The notes beneath the pieces were generated by a model that did no database searches, was not told where the DNA came from, and saw only the letters and a list, made by a program, of their open reading frames with translations. Source: Vairimorpha necatrix (Eukaryota). From it: a DNA stretch of 64,000 bases. Below, piece after piece: positions 41,201-52,012 of the stretch. The stretch is taken from contig CP142733.1 in assembly GCA_036630325.1 (NCBI GenBank), positions 372,001-436,000 on the forward strand. The letters run 5' to 3'. Position 1 is the first letter of the stretch; each line of letters opens with the position of its first letter. A program made the translations under genes and the position numbers.

Positions 41201-41366
41201 GCCCTGGCGACCCATATGTTGTGAAGATATCTAATAAGATATGCTATAAAGAAACATCATGACTTGAAAAATCTGCTTAGGGTTATGGTAATGTAGGAGA
41301 CTGATCGTCTTGGGGGATCTTATATATTTTTATATTTTCTAACCTTAATTATATTAAATAGTGACA
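38251..41366 (+). mobile_element. Ty3/Gypsy family A copy 2, near full length and heavily degenerate
   Basis: Colinear with 1-2307. 5' LTR about 38251-38320, PBS-like TGGGGCGATACC at 38322-38333, YMDD and integrase TDNGKEF motifs, GGGGGA PPT near 41312. Confidence 0.9.
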
Positions 41367-41525
41367 TAAAATATATTATTTAAATCTTTACCTCTATTTC
41401 CGTTCAAATTTCCCTCCAACATTTATTTTAAGATTTTACTTGGAGGGGGGCACGGAAGGAGGAAAGGAAGATTTACAACAACAATAAAAATCTTTTAAAT
41501 ACTTTCCTCAGTGGTGGATACCACA
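41362..41525 (-). repeat. Family D LTR-like repeat, second copy
   Basis: Homologous to 28193-28353 and ends GTGGTGGATACCACA. Left boundary and TSD unclear. Confidence 0.6.
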
Positions 41526-41619
41526 GATTTGATGAGAAGTGAAGAATGAAATGAAGTGGATTATTATCTGACTTTTGCTGGGCATATAGGCATCTATCTA
41601 TTTTATGAGGTCAATACAC

Positions 41620-43050
41620 TATAATTTTATAGTTTGTAAGCTTCTAGCTCGATTTTTACATGATTATTTTAATAATGTGGTAAATTACATGTACATGACC
41701 ATAATATGACTAACATGAATTCTTTTGTTTTTGTTAATTATCATGATTATTGTAAATATGGTTTTAAAAATATATTTTTTGTAAAGCACAATTGTAAAGT
41801 AAGTAAAAGAATGTTTTTATGAATTTTTAAACCGTAACAAAAATTGAATAAACATTTAACCAACGAAAAATGCAAAAATGTATTGATGAAACCATAAAGT
41901 TTTAATTTTCGTTTGGAAATAAATTTTTTTTTGTTTTTAAATATATTTGACTACGATGTGATATGTCACTAAGAAGTGTTTTTAAATATCACATTTGCTT
42001 AAGAGTTTGTTGGTGATAATGCGTATATGTGTAAAATAAGAAGAATGATACCATAAAAAGACCCTTATATCTATATATCAGAATTTCCCTAGTTTTATAT
42101 CTATAAATTCCCATTGAACATCTATCTAATCTCATGCATTTAAAAAAAAATTTCCATTATCCATTCTTATATATCTATAATCTTTTTTATATATTAATAG
42201 AATCATTAATTTTTTCTTATGTATCCATAATTATATCATTCATCATTCCTTATGTATATATTACTATAATCTTTTCGTATAAAGCTATATCAATAATCTT
42301 TTTTCTATATATATATATATATATACATTATAAATTATAATATCTGTGTTTATTTCTTAATAACGATTATCTTTTCTATTTATTATATGGCGTATATAAT
42401 CATCATTAATTATATTTTTAAGTATCATCATCCTAAAAAAAGATAATTGATAATGGTTATATACACCATATTAAAATAGAAAAGATAATCGATCTACATT
42501 ATAAAAAACAGAAAATATAACTTATATAGATGTAGTTTAGAACATGAGAATATTTTTGGCATCACATTTTACTACGCATACACACACGCATTATCATTAA
42601 TAAACCCCTCAACACAAGATTGTTTTTACAAATACATGATATTTAAAATACTTCTAAGCAACATACATTGATAGTCAATTAAAATTAAAATCGCAAAAAA
42701 AATAAAATACGAACATTTCTAAACAATCAATTAAAAATTCATATATACTTAACGATTTTGCGTTTCCATTTTTCGATGGTTATAACGTTCTTTACAATTT
42801 TTAAAAGGTTTAAAAAATTCTCAAAAACGATTCTAATACTTATCTTGAAACTGTGTTTTATAGTAATAATGTATAAACGCATTTACAATAACACATATGA
42901 GTAAACACAACACAACCTAAAGAAACATCTAATTGTTTCAACGTGTTCATATTCACAACCATACTACTAAAAAAGGCCAAAAACAAATACATTACATATA
43001 GAGACAAAAGTACAAATCATAGAAAAATGTGAGTAGTAAAAATTAAACAA
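41620..43050. repeat. Long diverged inverted repeat (foldback/MITE-like) with a nested inner inverted repeat
   Basis: ~41620-42060 aligns to the reverse complement of ~42545-43050. The inner arms are ~42345-42415 and ~42440-42510. No ORF. Confidence 0.65.
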
Positions 43051-43717
43051 TTTTTTTATGTATAAAATTCTTTCTAATATAAATCAATATCAATAAGTAA
43101 ATAATTTTATATGAACATATATAAATGACAACCATTAGGCGTTTTTAAGCAAAATAATATGAACGAGTAACAAGTATTTATTATTATATAGTGCCTTGCA
43201 CCAAAATTTACAAAAATAACCTTCCTTTGATGGATGTAATCATTCAAATAACTGAAAAGTCTATATAAAGATAGAGTATTTTTTGATTAATTATAATTGT
43301 TTGATTTAAAATTTATGTTTGGCGTAATATACTTGAAAATGTAGCAATATCAAATTGGATGAATACTTTTTTATAATGGTAAAAAGTTATTTATTTAAAG
43401 TAGACATTATTATCAATCACTGCCTTACAGTGTAAAAGTATTATAAAAGATTGTTAACATTTATAATTGAGTTAATTTTATTGACTGAAATTCTACGACA
43501 TGTAAATTGAAATGTCTATTAAATTATCTTTAAAACAAACATTCCAGAAAGAAAGGAACATAAGGAACTAAATGAGAGAATCAGATTTGAGCATACCTAA
43601 AAAATATAATACTGATGAAAGTTTATATAATTGTATCACAACATTTAGGCGCGGTGTTTACTAACCTTGAAGGTCCTAGGGGTACCCTCGCATTAAAATT
43701 ATAACATAATGAAAACG

Positions 43718-44051
43718 TCAATATATTATTTCATACTACATGTTATATATATATATCAATAATTTATGAATCGCCTATTTTATCTCATACGCTCCCAGCT
43801 GTCTTCTCAGTTAGTGTATAAGTCTGTAGCACTAACTTCTATTGGTTAATTACGAATATAAATACGATATTCTTCGCTAAACACGATGCCTAAGGATTAC
43901 GGGAGATGCTTTCCACCTCAGACCTATGACACCATCAACAAATAAGATATAAAAGTACATTTACACCCCCACTCTAGAATTTAACAGTTCTCATAACCGT
44001 ACATTGTCGATCGCTTTCTTGCCACTGGCACAATCCGGGGTAAATACACCA
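43718..44051 (+). mobile_element. Diverged solo LTR related to family C
   Basis: GCTTTCTTGCCACTGGCACAAT..GGTAAATACACCA matches the 3' end of the 59402 LTR. 5' hairpin partly lost. Confidence 0.8.
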
Positions 44052-44228
44052 ATGCTATATAGAAAATTAGAGGGTTATTATAATAACGGGTTCATTTTTT
44101 TAAACTAAGTGGAGTATTTCTATTTTACTCCCCCCCCCTTTCACAAATATAAATATCAATTTTTATAAAATATCATTTTTGGAAATCAAAAATGGAAAAA
44201 AAGAGGAGAAAAAACTAAAAAAAGTACT

Positions 44229-44429
44229 TGTTACCTGAAGGCGAAGATGGGGTAGTCTGAGGCTTGGGATTCGAAAAAGAATTCTTTTTAAGAGCCATAT
44301 TATTTATTTATGTAATTTCTTTATATAGTTTTATTCTCGGCCTGAAACAATCATATTTTAGGCCGAGATGAAACATTTAAAAAATCTTGTTTCAGTCCTT
44401 TATTGGTGCCGCAAGTGATGGCGGTAACA
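44229..44429 (-). mobile_element. Solo LTR, family G (201 bp)
   Basis: TGTTACC...GGTAACA termini, perfect TSD GTACT. Internal ATG gives MALKKNSF...SSPSGN. Confidence 0.8.
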
Positions 44430-45653
44430 GTACTGTTTAAATTATCTTATATACAAATATAAATATATAATTCATGTTAATTTTACATATAAACACAAAT
44501 ATTATACCTTAAGTCACTTTTTTCTACATTTCATTTAGAAAAAATTTTATTTTTTTATTATAATAAATAAATAAACAATACAAACAAATAATATATTTAT
44601 TTTTACTTATTACTGTGGTGGAAGGAGTTAGATTTACATTTTTTTAATAAATTTCTAACATACTTTTGTGCAATTTCTTTTTATTTTTATATTGTTTTCT
44701 TTTTGTTGGTTATTCTTCTTATTCATTTTTTGTACCCTTCTTTATTAAATAAATAAACAAATAAATAGACAAACTAATAAAATACAAATCATACAGTAGA
44801 CTGAAGGTCGTACAATTACAAAGATTTAAATGTAAAAATTATTTCTTGGTTTTTTTTAGTAGCACCGATTATAACTTTAATTTCAGTTCCCTATTTTATG
44901 CTTACCAAGGAGGAAATTAACAAAGCATACGAAGAAATTAAAGAAAAACTTCTTCAAGTAAAATGCGTGAAATGTGGTAAGGAAGTTAAGAAAAGGCAGC
45001 AAAAGGGGTACGCTGTCAGATGCATTGGGAAAAAATGCATAAAAGAGAGAAGTCTTTTTGAAAAAAACAATATTTGCAACCCCCCCCTTGGATCATATAC
45101 TTAAGTTAAAGATCCGAACCTCTGGCTTACAAAGATTTCGCTTCTTTATATTGCCAAGTTGCTATCTATCCCCCAGTGTTGTAACGAGGTGCATTAAACA
45201 GTTTTACCTAAATAAAGCTTGCCATAAATACCTAGAAAATGCAAGAGAAACATTGGGCGGCAAGGAGACAATGGTCGAACATGAAGAAAGCAAATTTGGG
45301 AAACGTAAATATCATATTAGACATGAAGTAGGGGGTGTATGGGTATTTGAGATGGCCGAACGGACTGTAGAAAGAAAAATAATATGGATATTCCTGTTCC
45401 AAACTGAACTAAAGATACTTTTTAAATCTCATTTCCACATATATTGATAAACAATCCAAAGTATATTTAGATATATGGAAAGGATATGCAAAAATGAGTC
45501 AGACAGTAGCTAACCATAATACAATAACCACAGTAGATGATTTAAAGATCCTGTTACTGGTGTGCATACTAACATCATAGAAGGGCATTAGATTGGGTTA
45601 ATTTCAAACACTGATTATACGTAGAACAAGAAGATTAATTTACCCATACTTAT

Positions 45654-45864
45654 TGTCAGGCTGCAGACCTGCACTGACGATGCGGCTTCCAATTAAACAA
45701 TGATCATTAATGCTGACAAACATCTCAAAGTATTGTAAACAAATATTGGACATATTTGACATGCACAAACTAAAAGTAAGAAAAGTGCATGTCACATGAA
45801 GTACTACTAATTTAGTAGAACTTTGATTTCTTGTTTGTTTGTTTACATCTCAAAGAGTTTGACA
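45654..45864. mobile_element. Possible solo LTR inserted in the Merlin remnant
   Basis: TGTCA...TGACA ends and internal 10-bp stem TGACATGCAC/GTGCATGTCA. TSD poor. Confidence 0.4.
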
Positions 45865-46175
45865 GTTAATCTAATTAACTATTTAAACGGAATTTGCCCC
45901 TTACACACAATTCCGATGTGCAGAAAACAAGAGAACAATATAAATAAATATGTTAGTTTAGACTCTCCCTCCTCTACTTCGAATCAGGCTACATGCCGGA
46001 TCACACTTATTAAGATTTATGTTAACTGGAAATTCAAAAGACAATTATTTCGATGTTTTAATAAATTTATTATTTTAAATTTTTTCCCTTCTTTTTTCCA
46101 GTTTGATTTTCTAAAAAGGGGATATTTTTAAAAATTTGTATTTATATATGTAGGGGGCGTAAAGTAGAAATTGCC

Positions 46176-46361
46176 TCTTTATCAGTTACGGAGTAATTCA
46201 GCTAGGCCTTATCCAGTTCTTTGCTGAATGCAGAGATCTTTTTTTTTCTTTCCGTATGCATCTGTTTGTTAGAGGACTGCACCGATGGCAATATCCCGCG
46301 CGTTTGTCGTGAGTATAAATTTTTTTTTTCATGTCCGGCCGTTACCGCTCACAATAGAAAG
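46176..46361 (-). mobile_element. RNase H fragment of Gypsy element H (continuation of 52013-54514 before the inversion)
   Basis: Minus strand reads FILTTNARDIAIGAVL, an FILTTDAS..IGAVL-type RNase H start. Confidence 0.7.
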
Positions 46362-46366
46362 ACATG

Positions 46367-46470
46367 TGTTACCAGAAGGAGAGCTGGTTATTGAAGAAGG
46401 CTTTTTATTAGAAGAAGAACTATATTTATTTGGCATATCTTGTCTATTTAAGATTCTTAAATAGTTTTAG
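46367..46470 (-). mobile_element. 3' part of a split family G solo LTR (5' part at 54515-54616)
   Basis: Ends GGTAACA followed by CATGT on the minus strand. The joined sequence is ~201 bp and aligns with 44229-44429. Confidence 0.8.
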
Positions 46471-49400
46471 TGACGTAGCCATGCTGGTAAAAATGCTCCA
46501 GCATGTTGTCGTGGTCGTTTATATTAAATTTTTTATTTACAATGTTTTGTTTCTCGTTCCTCTGTTTTCTCATATTCATCGTTAGTTCGTATTTTAGGTA
46601 TGGGTAAGGGCAAAATTTATATTTATAGTTTTCTTTGGTTGTTTGTAAACAATTCGTTCAGATCAAACAAACAAAGAAACAAAAAAAAATGAATTACTTG
46701 TGGGATACCACAGTCTACCCTCCCCGAAAAAAAAAACTTATTATATCACTTTCTTAAAGCCTTAATGTCATTTACATGAATCCACTCGCTTCTTCCTTCT
46801 ATTTTACACCATAGTTTTTTATCACCTAATTTCTCAATTGTGTAAGGCCCTATATATCTGTCTTCTGATTTATTAGCATTAAAATTTCTTATGTAGACTA
46901 CATCATTAATATTTATTTCTGTTCGTTCCGATTTTGACAAATGTTTGGGTTCTTTCAATGATTTTAAATCATATTTAACCTCCTTTTTATCCAAATCAAA
47001 ATAGGAGTAAGACTTTATAACCGTTATCGGTGCGATTCCAATTCCTCTATGAAAGTTGATGTTTAATCTTCTGTTTATCATTTGTGTTACGTTATCGATT
47101 TGTTCTCCTTTGTATATTCTCAAAACTTCAGCTATCGTTTGATTTAATCGTTCACTAATTCCATTCGATGATGGGTTTTACATTGGCGTATTCGTTATTT
47201 TGATTTTTTGTACATTGCAAAATTTTTCAAATTCCTTACTCGTATATTGTTTACCATTGTCACAAATAATTGTATCAGGTGCTTCGAACTCTTAAATCCA
47301 AGCCTTTATGGTATTTATCAATTCTTGATTAGTTACTTTCGTATAAAATTTTACTAACGTATATCTACTATATACATCGGCCAGTGTCAAAAATATCCCT
47401 TGCTATCAAGCTCATCATGCTGATATTTATTTAAATTGAAGGGTCCAAATATGTCACTGGATAATACCTTAAATATCCTCTCTGAAAATATTCTATATTT
47501 TATCTTCGACTTCTTTTTATTCTCCTTACATTTAATGCATACTTCACAGCTTTCTACTACCTTTCTAATTGTTGTTCTTATATTTTTGACTTTGTATATA
47601 CCTTTTAAGTTTTGGTATAAAGAACTCATTCCTGCATGTACAGATAAAACATGCATGTCTTCTATAAATTGTTCTCTTCTTTCATCATCGACTTTGATTC
47701 TATCTTTTTCATCTTTTTGTAAAGTATTGTTCTCATATATTGCACTTTCCTTTAAAATTCTTTGTAATTCGGTCATTCTTGTCCCCGATATTATGCAACA
47801 TCTTGAAAGTCGGTCCGCTATATTATTATTATTTCCTTCTATATTTTTTATTGTAATGTTAAATTCGTTCAGAAGTAATTTCCATCTTTCTATTCGTTTC
47901 GAAATTTCCTTGTTCGCAAAAATGCAGTTTCTGCTATCCGTTTCTATTACCGTATGAAATCCCTGTAATAGTCCACGGTAAAATTCTAGGCTTTTAACAA
48001 TAGCATACATTTCCTTTTCCACTATTGAATAATTCCGTTCAATATCGTTAAATTTTTTGCTGTAATAATTTATTGTTCCATGTTCTTGAAACAATACTGC
48101 TCCCATTCCTTCAAGAGAGGCATCTGTTTGCAAGTAAAATGTTTTCTTAAAATCTGGCATTTTTAAGTGTGCTCTCGTTAATATATCTTCTTTAATTTTT
48201 TCTAACGCCTTTGGCTGTTCTAAGTTCCAACGCTCTTTAGAACCTTTTTGTAAAAGTCTTGTAATGCAAGTTATTTTCCTGCTTACGTCCGGTATGAAAT
48301 TTCGATACCACGTGATTATACCTACAATTTTCTGTATATCTTTTTTCGATGTTATGGGCTCCTTAACTTCTAGTATTTTGTTTACACTTTTTAAATCAAT
48401 CTTTATTTCTCCATTTTCTATGATACTTCCTAATAAATTTAGCGCTTCGGTAAGAAATGTCGTCTTTTCAAAGTTTATTTTAACAGTAAATTTTCTTAAA
48501 TTATCTAATACTTGATTAACGGTTTCATTATGTTTTTTAAAAGTATCGGCAAAAATTACAATATCGTCAATATAAACAGCACAATTTTCTATATTACCAA
48601 TTATATTATTTATAGTCATTTGAAATAACTTCGGTCCACATTTCAATCCAAATGGTATACGCTTGTATCTAAATTGTTGGCCAAACATGGTAAAGGTGGT
48701 TAAATCTCTACTCTCATTATCGATTACCATCTGATTAAATCCATTTTTTAGATCTATTATTGAAAAATACTTTGATTGCCCTATTTTCATTATCATATTA
48801 AAAATCTTCGGGATGCTAGACACTTCGTCCCTTATGAACTTATTAACCCATCTATAATCTACTACCAGTCTCAGTTCTTTGTTTTTCTTTTCAATTAAAA
48901 ACGATGGGCTTGCATAGCAATTTCTTGTTATTTCTATCATATCCAATTCCATCAATCGTTTAAGTTCTTTTTTGGCCCTTTGTTCATATTTGATTGGCAC
49001 CATATAATTGCGTATTTTCATTGTTTCGTTTTTAATATTTTCATCAAAAAATAATTTCACGGGCGCAATTTTTATTCTTTGAAAATTTTCATTTTCTTTA
49101 ATATAATTTTTTATATTTCTTTCTAAGTTTGTTCCTTTTAGAATTTCTTTATTCTTAATTAATCCTATACGTTCAAATAGAATGTTGTCGATCTCATCTT
49201 TAGTTAAGTCATCAGTCTCGTTCATCCTTAGAACTCTACCATTGATAATCAAGGATTTGTTTTTAAAATCCAAAACCATTTCATTGTCTAACATAAATTG
49301 GCTTCCAATTATCACGTCTTCGGGAAGTTCTTTTAATAAATAAAATTCAGCTTTTACCGGTCTACTCATTCCATGAATAAATACTTCTGTTTCAGTAAAC

Positions 49401-49653
49401 TTGCAAATAGTTTCCATTTCTCCGTTTGCGAAAATATTTGTCACTGGTTGTCCTTCTAAAATCTCTAGATTTAACTTATCTGCCACCCTTTGACTAATAA
49501 AATTTCTTTCAGCACCAGTATCTAATAATATTTTTGTGTCTATCTTATTTATTGCCACATTCAACTCAATCCTTTTTAATTTGGTCTTACTTTCCCTTAT
49601 TAAATTGAATTTCTCTTTCTTTTCTTGATTATTTCTATGTTGATAATATTTTG
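46471..49653 (-). mobile_element. 3' half (pol + 3' LTR) of Gypsy family B element
   Basis: 3' LTR at 46471-46712 preceded by a GGGGAGGG PPT. Long pol frame with LDTGA, YIDD, TDAS and HHCC motifs; frameshifts in integrase. Followed by TSD CTAAA on the minus strand. Confidence 0.95.
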
Positions 49654-50768
49654 GGTGCATCTTTAGTAACGTGCCGGAAGGTAACACCCCCCCCCTTACA
49701 GACAAAAATTTAACAAAATTTTGAAAAAAATATAAGAAAACGATATAAAAATGCTTATTTAATTCAGTAGTTTAGATAAAAGATCAACAAAACCCTTATA
49801 GAAGTCTCCCATATCATCTTCTCGAAGCATAAATTTCCTATACATAAATTCATCGAGCCATGTATCTATCTCCGACCGTTTTACTCCATGTTCTTTGGTC
49901 ATTTCAGACTTAAGTTGAGACCATACGTTCTCAATATTATTTGTATGAATACCATCAGGAGATAAAAAACCTATAGAATGATTAACAACTTGATGACTTA
50001 GACATAAATTTTCTGCCACCCCAGGATAACTAGGATGACCATCGCTATGTAAAACCGAACCTACACAAATTCTTCCCTCTAGAGCAGCAGTAAGGCACTC
50101 AATGGTTCTATTCTCTACCCTCGTAATGTAGAAGTTTGAAGGATTTTGAGCATCTATTATGCCAAAAATCCAAACGGTGTCCCTTATAAAGTCGTCCGAA
50201 GAGGTAGGAGATCTTATTTTACCCCTTCTGCATATAACAGACTCATCTACTTGAACGACTTGCCCGGGTCCTCCGATTATAATTCTATTCTTTAGCAAAT
50301 CTTTATAGATCTTTCTGAGGCTGCTTTTTACGGCAGAGATTGTAGCTGTTGAAACGCCCAATCTTGCCATCAACTGAAAGTAAGAATATCTGCATAATAT
50401 TCCAAATACAAGGTCACAGAATGTATGAAGAGGAACCTTGCAGCCTTTATTCACAGCCAACCGCGCACTGCATTTGTAGTTCGAACAGCGATATGCTACT
50501 CTTGTAACGATTTCTTCCTTGACAGGACCCAATCTCATGTTACATCCACATTTGGAACATGATTTTTGCTCCTTCAGCACTTCTAAGTCAATTAAAGCTT
50601 CTAAACAAGTGTCAACGTTATAAAAAAGCCTTTGTATATTCACAAGTTTAATTTTTGTGCTTTTCTTTAGTAACGTGCCGGAGTTTTCTAAATCGATGTT
50701 GTCCATTTTAGGGGTAAAAAAATATTTTTTAAAAAAACAAAATCCCGGCACGTTACTAAAGATGCACC
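49654..50768 (-). mobile_element. Merlin element A, potentially autonomous
   Basis: Perfect 24-bp TIRs GGTGCATCTTTAGTAACGTGCCGG and an intact transposase. The flanks do not match in the present arrangement. Confidence 0.95.
49759..50706 (-). CDS. Merlin/ISXO2-like DDE transposase, 315 aa
   Basis: CCCCTAAAATG start. CxxC...CxxxxC ribbon, VQVDES, LHSDG, VNHS and HTNNIEN motifs. Confidence 0.92.
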   Translation of the reverse strand: MDNIDLENSGTLLKKSTKIKLVNIQRLFYNVDTCLEALIDLEVLKEQKSCSKCGCNMRLGPVKEEIVTRVAYRCSNYKCSARLAVNKGCKVPLHTFCDLVFGILCRYSYFQLMARLGVSTATISAVKSSLRKIYKDLLKNRIIIGGPGQVVQVDESVICRRGKIRSPTSSDDFIRDTVWIFGIIDAQNPSNFYITRVENRTIECLTAALEGRICVGSVLHSDGHPSYPGVAENLCLSHQVVNHSIGFLSPDGIHTNNIENVWSQLKSEMTKEHGVKRSEIDTWLDEFMYRKFMLREDDMGDFYKGFVDLLSKLLN

Positions 50769-52010
50769 CGCTATTGAATTCAAAATATATTCCCAGCTCG
50801 GTCTACGCCTATAACCTTTATTTGTATATTCCTTTGGCCCGTTTGCAAGCCATTCCTGCCATTTTCTTTTTAATTCGGCCTTAAATGAAGAATTTATCAA
50901 AACATCCAATGATTGTAAATAAGACGTAGTTTTGGGGGGAATTAAAACGGTTTCAATGTTATTATTAGCAAAACTTTACATAACTTTTTCAGTATAGTGA
51001 GATTTATAGGTGTCAAGAATAAGAAGTTTTTTTTTTCTATTTTCAAATGGCCCATATTTGTTTAAACATGCACGAATCAATAATAACATCAGATTTTGAT
51101 TCATGTTCCCTGTTTCAGATGTAACTACAAAAAGATTATTTGGCACAAAGCATTTTGGCGGTTTTTTAAGGCCTTTTAAAATGGCCATTCCCCTTAAAAC
51201 AGTACCTTCTGAAGAAATAGTAATAACGACGGAAATTTTAGTCTTAAGATTTCCAGTTGTATATGCCTCAGTGTTTTTTTTCGCCGGTAAATGATAATGT
51301 TCGCGATTGCATCATATCAATGTAAACAGGAGTTTCATCCATATTATACACCACTGTTTGGCTGTCCATACAGTTAAATTTATGATTAAAAGCTTCAAAA
51401 TAATTCAACACGGTTTCTTTAATCTCCTGAGGCCTTCTGTTGTCTTCCTGTCCAAAAGATGTTATTTTTCTAAATGAAAAATGATTTCTTCTTTTGAACC
51501 CCATCAACTAACTCATACTTGCCTTAAAATCTGTAATGGACAACCTCTCTGCTATTTCAAAAGCCTTATCTCTAATATTATAAGTTGAGATAATTCGCTT
51601 CTTTTCACCTCGCTCTACCTTCACCCAATCCACCAACATTTTTTCAAGAGGAGGCCATTTGGCAGAAGTACCGGCACGCATTCTTTTGATATTTTTAATG
51701 TTGCTTTGGCCTAACATTTTAACTTCGGCCTTTTTCCAATCACGAAGCATTTTCCTAGTAATCTGCAACTCTAGAGCAGTCATACTTAAATTTCCATTGT
51801 TTTCCCGCAATCTTTGTAATCCTGCTAATTTTTCTTTTAGAGTGTAAGATTTCTTTTTCATGGGGTAAATTTAGAAAAAAAATTTAAAAGATATTTCAAA
51901 TATTTTATATCCTTATAAGAGATCCACCCATATAGAAATCCATGGTCTCTTATATGGGTGGATCTCTTAACCCGGAAAACCCGGTAAGAACCTATGGGAA
52001 TATATCTTAT
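50769..52010 (-). mobile_element. pogo/Tigger (CENP-B HTH + DDE_1) transposon, frameshifted, termini lost
   Basis: MKKKSYTLKEKL HTH, WPPLEKMLVDWV, YNMDETP, LILDTYKSH and MDVLINSSFK motifs in consecutive ORF fragments. Confidence 0.9.
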
Positions 52011-52012
52011 GT

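Larger units (their letters stand above)
44111..46175 (+). mobile_element. Degenerate Merlin element with ~110-bp TIRs and nested insertions
   Basis: 44111-44220 matches the reverse complement of ~46070-46175. Transposase fragments ESKFGKRKYH..GVWVF at 44898-45650. No matching TSD. Confidence 0.75.

Noticed and set aside
47436-48515. Plus-strand ORFs of 173 and 83 aa, and similar short antisense ORFs across the window
   Set aside because: They are shadow frames opposite TE or enolase coding sequence with low-complexity F/L/I/S composition.
49654-49705. N-terminus MSVRGGVLPSGTLLKMH of the 772-aa ORF
   Set aside because: This is read-through from the Merlin A TIR. The true upstream part is gag at 54750-55622.
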